This document shows positions 55,088 to 64,000 of a DNA stretch of 64,000 nucleotides, piece after piece. How positions within the stretch are numbered: the first letter of the stretch is position 1; each line of letters begins with the position of its first letter. The notes beneath the pieces were generated by a model. The model was not told the origin of the DNA and did not search any database. It worked only from the letters and a program-made list of their open reading frames with translations. The DNA is from the human T2T-CHM13v2.0 reference genome, Homo sapiens, in assembly GCF_009914755.1 (NCBI RefSeq), contig NC_060937.1, one strand, 5' to 3'. The position numbers were made by a program, and so were the translations under genes.

Positions 55088-55672
55088 TCCCAGCCTCAGC
55101 CTGCTCACTCCCGTGCCCTCCAGCCTCAGCCTCCCCACTCTCCCGTGCCCTCCAGCCTCAGCCTCCCCACTCTCCCATCCCCCCCAGCCTCAGCCTCCCC
55201 ACTCTCCCGTGCCGTCCAGCCTCAGCCTCCCCACTCTCCCGTGCCCTCCAGCCTCAGCCTCCCCACTCTCCCGTGCCCTCCAGCCTCAGCCTCCCCACTC
55301 TCCCGTGCCCTCCAGCCTCAGCCTCCCCACTCTCCCGTGCCCTCCAGACTCAGCCTCCCCACTCTCCCGTGCCTTCCAGCCTCAGCCTCCCCATTCTCTC
55401 ATCCCCCCTGCCTCAGCCTCCTTACTCTCCTGTCCCCTCCAGCCTCAGCCTCCCCATTCTCTCATCCCCCCCCAGCCTCAGCCTCCCTACTCTCCTGTCC
55501 CCTCCAGCCTCAGCCTCCCCACTTTCTCATCCCCCCCCAGCCTCAGCCTCCCTACTCTCCTGTCCCCTCCAGCCTCAGCCTCCCCACTTTCTCATCCCCC
55601 CCCAGCCTCAGCCTCCCTACTCTCCTGTCCCCTCCAGCCTCAGCCTCCGTCCTCCCCCATGCCCTCCAGCCT
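55088..55672. repeat. C-rich minisatellite, about 32 bp unit (ccagcctcagcctccccactctcccgtgccct), about 18 copies
   Basis: Read directly; alternating variant units in the 3' half. Confidence 0.94.
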
Positions 55673-56156
55673 TTGCTCGGCACTGGTTTGCTGCATGTAT
55701 TGGCAACACCTGTGTCACCAGGTGCCATCCTCTCTGGCTGCAGGTTGGCAGCCACCTCAGCCACATGAGCGTCAAGTGTAGCCATGTTCCCACAGCTTCC
55801 CTGTTGGTGTCTCAGGAGTTAGTGCTTCCTGGCATCCAGGAAGGAAGGCAAGGCGGACCCCTGTTCCTACTCCTGAGTCCTCGTCCAAGCTCCAGGCCTT
55901 GGATCCGGGTCGTCAGCCCGAGAGCGTCCCCTCCCCATGTCCCTCCCACCACCACCCTGGGGACCACTGCCTGCCCACTCTGGGGCCCTCTGGATTTGGT
56001 CCCCAGTAGACTTCCCGAGGGCCCTCAGTGTCTGGGGGTCTCAGGGCTCTGCCCCGCCAGGAGCTGGGCATGGAGCTTCCTACGCGTGCCGCTCAGGCTG
56101 CTGTGGTGTTTCTCCCACCCTGCCGTCACCGCGCCGTAGCACGGCGTTTCCCTGCA

Positions 56157-56745
56157 CCCAGGCACAAACCAGCCGCCTGGCAGAGTGCCACGTGGCTTCG
56201 CGGACCAGGGATGCTTCAGGTGCAGAGGGAGCTCTGTGTGTCGGGAGCACCTGCGCCCAGGCACAAACCAGCCGCCTGGCAGAGTGCCACGTGGCTTCGC
56301 GGACCACGGATGCTTCAGGTGCAGAGGGGGCTCTGTGTGTCGGGAGCACCTGCGCCCAGGCACAAACCAGCCGCCTGGCAGAGTGCCACGTGGCTTCGCG
56401 GACCAGGGATGCTTCAGGTGTAGAGGGGGCTCTGTGTGTCGGGAGCACCTGCGCCCAGGCACAAACCAGCCGCCTGGCAGAGTGCCACGTGGCTTCGCCG
56501 TCCAGGGATGCTTCAGGTGCAGAGGGGGCTCTGTGTGTCGGGAGCACCTGCGCCCAGGCACAAACCAGCCGCCTGGCAGAGTGCCACGTGGCTTGGTGGA
56601 CCAGGGATACTTCAGGTGCAGAGGGGGCTCTGTGTGTCGGGAGCACCTGCGCCCAGGCACAAACTAGCCACCTGGCAGAGTGCCACGTGGCTTCGCCGTC
56701 CAGGGATGCTTCAGGTGCAGAGGGGGCTCTGTGTGTCAGGAGCAG
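56157..56745. repeat. Minisatellite, 99 bp unit, 6 copies
   Basis: ggcacaaac at 56161, 56260 and onward; it produces the 33-aa repeat ORFs in the track. Confidence 0.96.
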
Positions 56746-57351
56746 GTGACATCACAGCAGAACTGTCGTGGCCTTTGCTGTATGCTGCAGTGCCTGGAAG
56801 AGAAACTCGCTTTATCTGAGGCCTGAGAAGCCCACGTTCACAGCACAAGTATGTCCACAGCGATCACAGTGTTACTGGACGTGTGGGAAAAAATGACGCA
56901 AACGTTTCCCCTGACTCTTCCAAGTTCAGAGGTGGCCCGGCTGCCTTGCTCTGCATGAGGACAGATGACTCTCCGAAGGGGATTTGTGTTCACCTTCCAG
57001 CATTTCAGAAACCAGGACCCCCTTTGGGTCACCCCAACGCCCGTCCCGAGGGCATTTTGTCCCCTTTCGTGTCTTTCCCAGAGAAAAAACAGAGTCCCGG
57101 AGCCAAGTTCTTTTCCTCGTTCCTGCCTCTCCTGTGGAATTTCTAGGGTGTAGGAATAAAACGAGGCTTTGGAGGTTATCTGTGGGTTTATTTTTTCCTG
57201 ACTGTAGCGTGTTAACTGGTCCATTAAAATCTTTAAAAAGCTTTCCACACTGCTATCCCTGTTTTTTGTTTTTTAATAATGGCATAATTTTAAAAAATAA
57301 TCTAGTCTTCCCCATATTGTGATTAAACTCCTCATTTTTCTCATTTTGTAG

Positions 57352-57455
57352 GAGAAATTTATCTGTTTTGCAAAGGAGCAGATTCTTCGATATTCCCCCG
57401 AGTGATAGAAGGCAAAGTTGACCAGATCCGAGCCAGAGTGGAGCGTAACGCAGTG
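57352..57455 (+). CDS. ATP11A: ATP11A exon 17 (104 nt, phase 1-0): (G)EIYLFCKGADSSIFPRVIEGKVDQIRARVERNAV
   Basis: cattttgtag|GA GAA...GTG|gtgaga; KGAD motif. Confidence 0.97.
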
Positions 57456-58044
57456 GTGAGAGCCGGGCTGGGGAGGGCCTCGTGGCGGTCAGCTCCCCTG
57501 CTGTCAGGAAGGAATTCCATGTTCCACAAGTTCCTGGCTGGGAATGGCGTATTGTATTCCTTGGGGAATGTTTAGAAATCAGCTGGGCCAGAGGCAGACA
57601 GACAGGCAGCCTCAGCCGGCACCGACCCCAGGGGGCCTCCGATACCCAGCCAGGCACAGGCTGTCCAGCCAGGCACAGGCCATCTCCTCCCCAGCCTTGC
57701 ACAGGGTTTTATTTTCGGGTGGGTGCCAGGTTGGTTGATTGATGTTTTGGGGAGTCAGAATTAGCACGTTTGTGGTTATTGTATTGGAGCAAAAAGTCTT
57801 TGTGTTGACGTTTCTAGTGATTTGCTTCAAAACAAATCAGCACTTTCGTTTTCTGTTGTGACATCACCTGTTTGGGTTTCTTTCCCCATCTGGGTCTTAA
57901 GCTTGTATGATAAGGTTTCTTTCCACCACTTGTTGTATAGCACCGCCCAGCAGCCCGCACACCTGAGCCTCCCACTCCGTGGGTCCGGCTTTCTGTCTTT
58001 GGGGCTGCTGCGGTAGGGGGCCGGCCTGAGTGTCTCTCACAGCA

Positions 58045-58432
58045 GGGCCTCCCCTCCCCGTCAGACGCGCTAAAGCCGGGCAACACGTGGCTGGGGTGGA
58101 CACGCTCCCTCCTGTCAGACACCTTAACTCCGGGTGATGCGTGGCTGGGTGGACATGCTCCCTCCTGTGAGAGGTCCTAACGCCGAGCGACGCATGGTTG
58201 GGTGGACGTGCTCTCTCCCGTCAGATGTCCTAACGCCGAGTGACGCACGGCTGAGTGCACATGCTCCCTCCTGTGAGATGCCCTAAAGCTACACTGTGCG
58301 TGGCTGGGGTGGACGCACTCCCTCCTGTCAGACGTCCTAAAGCTGGGCGACGCATGGCCGGGTGGGCGCGTTCCCTCCCATCAGATGCCCTAACGTTGGG
58401 TGATGCGTGGCTGGGTGGACGCGCTCCCTCTG
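58045..58432. repeat. Diverged minisatellite, about 53 bp unit (gtggctgggtggacrcgctccctcctgtcaga...), about 7 copies
   Basis: Motif recurs at about 58088, 58141, 58300 and 58407. Confidence 0.85.
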
Positions 58433-59747
58433 CTCCCCACGTGGCTGCTTTGTCCCACGGTGTCTGCACCCTTCTCCCGACACCACCCTGGGGTCTTCTC
58501 CCTCACTCCAGCCCAGGGCAGCACCTCCTCTCACACCGACCTTATCATCTTTTCATGAAAAAGAAACAGTAACTGACAGGCTCTCCTCCCAGAGGTCCAA
58601 AATGACGCTGGCCAGAGTGGCTACGCACTGGAAAACAAGACTTCCAAGGCTGGCTCTGCACCAAGGAAGGCTGAACCGAGAGAACCTTGGACTAGAGGTC
58701 GTGGTACTCAGCGCTCCCTTCACTGACCATTTAAATGTAAAGCAATGTTTGTCCTCGCTGTCAGTCGCAACACTTGATTACTGTAGATGTCAGAGCATTA
58801 AGAATTCCTGCCGATGGACAGGAGCCCTTTCGCTCGCGAGCCCGTGCGTGCAGCAGCCAGAGCCTGTGAACTTCGTGGAATGCTGTCGACGTGCGGATCA
58901 TCATCTTTACGTTGCTATTAAAACAGCTCCTGGCACTACAAAGTAGCTGCGTTGGAGCCAACAGGAATCCATAAATCAGCAGCAGGTTAAAGATTGTTGA
59001 ACTTCTCTGTGAGGGATCTGGAAAATACATCACTGACTTCCACCAGCCACAGAGCTGCAGGGTGGGAGCCGAGCGGGTTCCTCTGAGCAGCACAAGCGTC
59101 CTGCGCTTCGACACACAATGAGCCTCAGTACAGGGGCGTGTGGGGGCTCCTGAGGGGGCAGCTCCATCTGCAGCTCGCTTTCCAATAGCGCGAGGCTGTG
59201 CTTTGCTGTGACGTGGTCGCCGTGCCATGCTGAGCACACGATGGCTACAGGTCACAGGTGACTGGTCCTCCATGGAGGGTCTTCATGGCCTGAGTACCAA
59301 ATATCTTCCACCTGCTGGATCCCCACTGCTGCTGCCCAGGAGAGTAGGCGCATGGATTATGTGAATTGTGATGATTGTAAAGTCCACTTGCTGCTTGTTT
59401 CAGAAAGTCTTCTTGAGATGTAATTGCCATACATTGATCTATACATATTTAAAATGCGAGAGCAGCAAGGGCATTGACACACGAACACACAGGTGGAGGC
59501 TTTGCCTGCTGGGAAGGGGACGCATCCCTCACCCTAGAGACTGTCTCGCGCCCTCATACTCCCATCCCTGCCAACTCCCACTCGCTGGAGACCACCGCTC
59601 CACTCGCCGTCACTGCAGATTCGTGCCCACCTTCTGGAGCTTCCTATCAGCAGAATCACAAAAGGCGGCTGTTGTATCCGGCGTCTTTCACTCCCATAAC
59701 TGCTGAGACTCGGCCGTGTGGGCCCGTTCATTTCTGTCGTGAGGAAC

Positions 59748-61073
59748 AGCAGCACTCGTTCAGTTGCCGAGCACTAGCGGTACTAGTTCAGCGGCCGCTA
59801 GTCCAAGTACCTCTAGCGGTACTAGTCCAAGTGCCGGGCACTAGCAGTACTAACCAGTCCAGTTGCCGGGTGTTAGTGGTACTAACCAGTCCAGTTGCCG
59901 GGTGTTAGTGGTACTAACCAGTCCAGTTGCCGGGCACTAACAGTACTAATCAGTCCAGTTGCCGACTGCTAGCGGTACTAGTCCAGTTACTGGGCACTAG
60001 CCATACTAACCAGTCCAGTTGCCGGGCACTAGCAGTACTAGTCCAAGTGCCAGGTATCAGTGGTACTAATCAGTCCAGTTGCCAGCCGCTAGCAGTACTA
60101 GTCCAGTTACCGGGCACTAGCCATACTAACCAGTCCAGTTACTGGGCACTGGTGGTACAGACCAGTCCAGTTGCCAGCCACTAGCGGTACTAGTACTAGT
60201 CCAAGTGCCGGGCAGTAGCAGTACTAACCAGTCCAGTTGCCAGGCGCTAGCAGTACTAACCAGTCCAGTTTCCAGGCACTAGTGATACTAACCAGTCCAG
60301 TTGCCGGGCACTAGCAGTACTAACCAATCCAGTTGCCAGCACTAGCGGTACTATTCAGTCCAGTTGCCAGGCACTAGTGGTTCTAACCAGTCCAGTTGCC
60401 GGCACTATCGGTACTAACCAGTCCAGTTGCCAGCACTAGCGGTACTATTCAGTCCAGTTGCCAGCACTAGCGGTACTATTCAGTCCAGTTGCCAGGCACT
60501 AGTGGTTCTAACCAGTCCAGTTGCCAGCACTAGCGGTACTATTCAGTCCAGTTGCCAGGCACTAGTGGTTCTAACCAGTCCAGTTGCCGGCACTAGCGGT
60601 ACTAACCAGTCCAGTTGCTGGCACTAGCGGTACTAACCAGTCCAGTTGCCAGGCACTAGTGGTTCTAACCAGTCCAGTTATCAGGCACTAGCGGTACTAA
60701 CCAGTCCAGTTGCCAGCACTAGCGGTACTATTCAGTCCAGTTACCAGGCACTAGCGGTACTAACCAGTCCAGTTGCTGGCACTAGCGGTACTAACCAGTC
60801 CAGTTACCAGGCACTAGCGGTACTAACCAGTCCAGTTGCCGGCACTAGCGGTACTAACCACTCCAGTTGCCAGCACTAATGGTACTAACCACTCCAGTTG
60901 CCAGCACTAGCAGTACTAACCAATCCAGTTACCAGGCACTAGCGGTACTAACCAGTCCAGTTGCCGGCACTAGCGGTACTAACCAGTCCAGTTGCCGGCA
61001 CTAGCGGTACTAACCAGTCCAGTTGCCGGCACTAGCAGCACTCGTTCATTTGCCGGGCACTCGCAGTGCTAGT
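59748..61073. repeat. Minisatellite, 31-32 bp unit (gcactagcggtactaaccagtccagttgcc(a)g), about 40 copies
   Basis: Read directly; both ends carry agcagcactcgttca(g/t)ttgccg(a/g)gcact. Confidence 0.96.
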
Positions 61074-61224
61074 TCTTTCTACGGATGGACCAGTTTCTTG
61101 ATTCTTCCGCCTGTTGGCAGACATTGGGTTGTTTCCAGTTGGGGCTGTTTTGGAAGCAGCTGCTGCGGGCCGCCTGCTGTGCGTGTCTGGGGCTGAGCCG
61201 ATGTGTCCTTTTCTCCTGGGGACC

Positions 61225-61670
61225 CTCCTGTCAGAGCGTCTTCATTTCTCTTTCCACAGCTTCCCTTTTCTGGCTGCTTTTGAGGTGTTTCGTGATGGGA
61301 TGCCTTGGTGGAGTGATGCTGTGTTTCTTTGCTCAGCCGTGTTGAGCATCTCGGATCTGCGGCGTTTCATCAAGTTTAACATTTTTCAGCAATTATTCTA
61401 CAGATATTTTTCTTCCTTGCTCCCTTTCAGCAGTTCCAGGACCCATGTACTCAACTGCCGGATGTTGTCTCACCGCTTACAAAGGCTTTTCCCTTTAAGG
61501 TTTTCCACGTTTCTTTAGAGACGGTTTCTGTTGCCATGTCACGAGTTTTTCCCGTGCAGCGTCTAACCTGTCAGCACCCCACGCAGGACACCCCTCTCCT
61601 CAAACATCGGAGTTTTCATGTCTAGAAATTCCGCCAGCGTGGTTTTGTATCCTCATGCCCCTACTTAACA
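61225..61670 (-). mobile_element. Old L1 ORF1-region fragment, antisense
   Basis: Reverse-complement similarity to the L1 segment at about 12840-12960 (gagcatctcggatctg...aagtttaacatttttcagcaattatt...atatttttc). Confidence 0.55.
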
Positions 61671-61777
61671 TGGGGCGTGTGTGATAACGATTGCGGTGAC
61701 TGTTTAAATCCTCCTCGCTAACGGATGGGACGTGTGTGATAACGGTGGCAGTGACTGTTTAAATCCTCCTCGCTAAC
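61671..61777. repeat. Two-copy 55 bp tandem duplication
   Basis: cgtgtgtgataacg...gtgactgtttaaatcctcctcgctaac occurs twice. Confidence 0.9.
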
Positions 61778-62439
61778 TGCACCCCTGCTGCCAGCTCTGG
61801 ACCAGCCACAGTGTTGCACAGTCCCCTCGTTTGGGGCAGGGACGGTGCCCCTGCGTGATGGTGGCCTGTGGCCGGATGCCTGCCTGTGGGCTTTGTTGGA
61901 TGCTGGGTATCGTGGTCCTCCTGGAGATCTTAAATCTTGTTCTGGGGTGTGGCTGAGTTCCTGGGAACAGTCTGTTCCTTTCAGGCCATGCCTTCGTGAT
62001 GTCCAGCAGACCCACAGCAGTGCCTGCCCCGGGTGGTGCTCCCCAGACTGCCAGGCCCTGAGCGCTGTGCCTGGTGAGTGGCCATGCCTCCTGGCAGCAG
62101 GCTGTCCCACCCTCCTCCTAATGGCTTGTTGCTGGCCTCCAGGAGCTTCCTCACAGTTGCAGGTGCTTGAGGGGCCGTCCACAGCCTCTGGCATCCACTC
62201 CATCCTAGGAACTCTGGTGCTTGTTCCCTTGACACCCAGGTCTGCCCCATAACTCAGGGAATTCACTGGCTCCGGCTACGTTCCCCTGCCCGAGCCTCGG
62301 CCTGGAAGCTCTCCGGGTAGTGAGCTGGGCACTTGCAGGGCCCCCTCGGTTGGCAGCATTTTATTTTGAAATAATTACAGATTTAGGAGAAGTTAAAATA
62401 AGTAGAAAGACAGTCCAGAGGGGCCTGTGTGTCCTTCGA

Positions 62440-64000
<1,561 letters not shown>

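Noticed and set aside
55043-56819. Several long overlapping ORFs (up to 288 aa) in many frames
   Set aside because: Produced by stop-poor GC-rich 32 bp and 99 bp tandem repeats; no coding evidence.

Overview
Human (primate) genomic DNA, GC- and minisatellite-rich. It is the interior of ATP11A, a P4-ATPase phospholipid flippase gene that I recall lies at distal 13q34, on the + strand. I traced 16 consecutive coding exons (conventional exons 2-17, about residues 14-603). All have GT-AG boundaries and consistent phases, and they encode TM1-TM4, the actuator DGES motif, the TM4 PVSM motif, the DKTGT phosphorylation site and the N domain. The introns hold at least a dozen tandem-repeat arrays, about 15 Alu/FLAM elements, a long nested L1 carrying a solo HERV-H LTR7-family LTR and a MaLR LTR, an adjacent MLT1D, and DNA-transposon fossils. 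Almost all ORFs in the supplied track are intronic or repeat artefacts. There is no prokaryotic system or CRISPR array. The best leads are intronic minisatellites that multiply functional motifs: a 31-32 bp array with about 22 sense-strand TACTAAC (branch point/QKI/SF1) heptamers, a 123 bp array with an AG|GT composite splice site in each unit, and a 4.4 kb 47-48 bp array of near-RORE motifs. Small recent duplications also copy or create TF sites, and two cryptic splice sites would introduce premature stops. All functional interpretations are hypotheses, and repeat boundaries are approximate.
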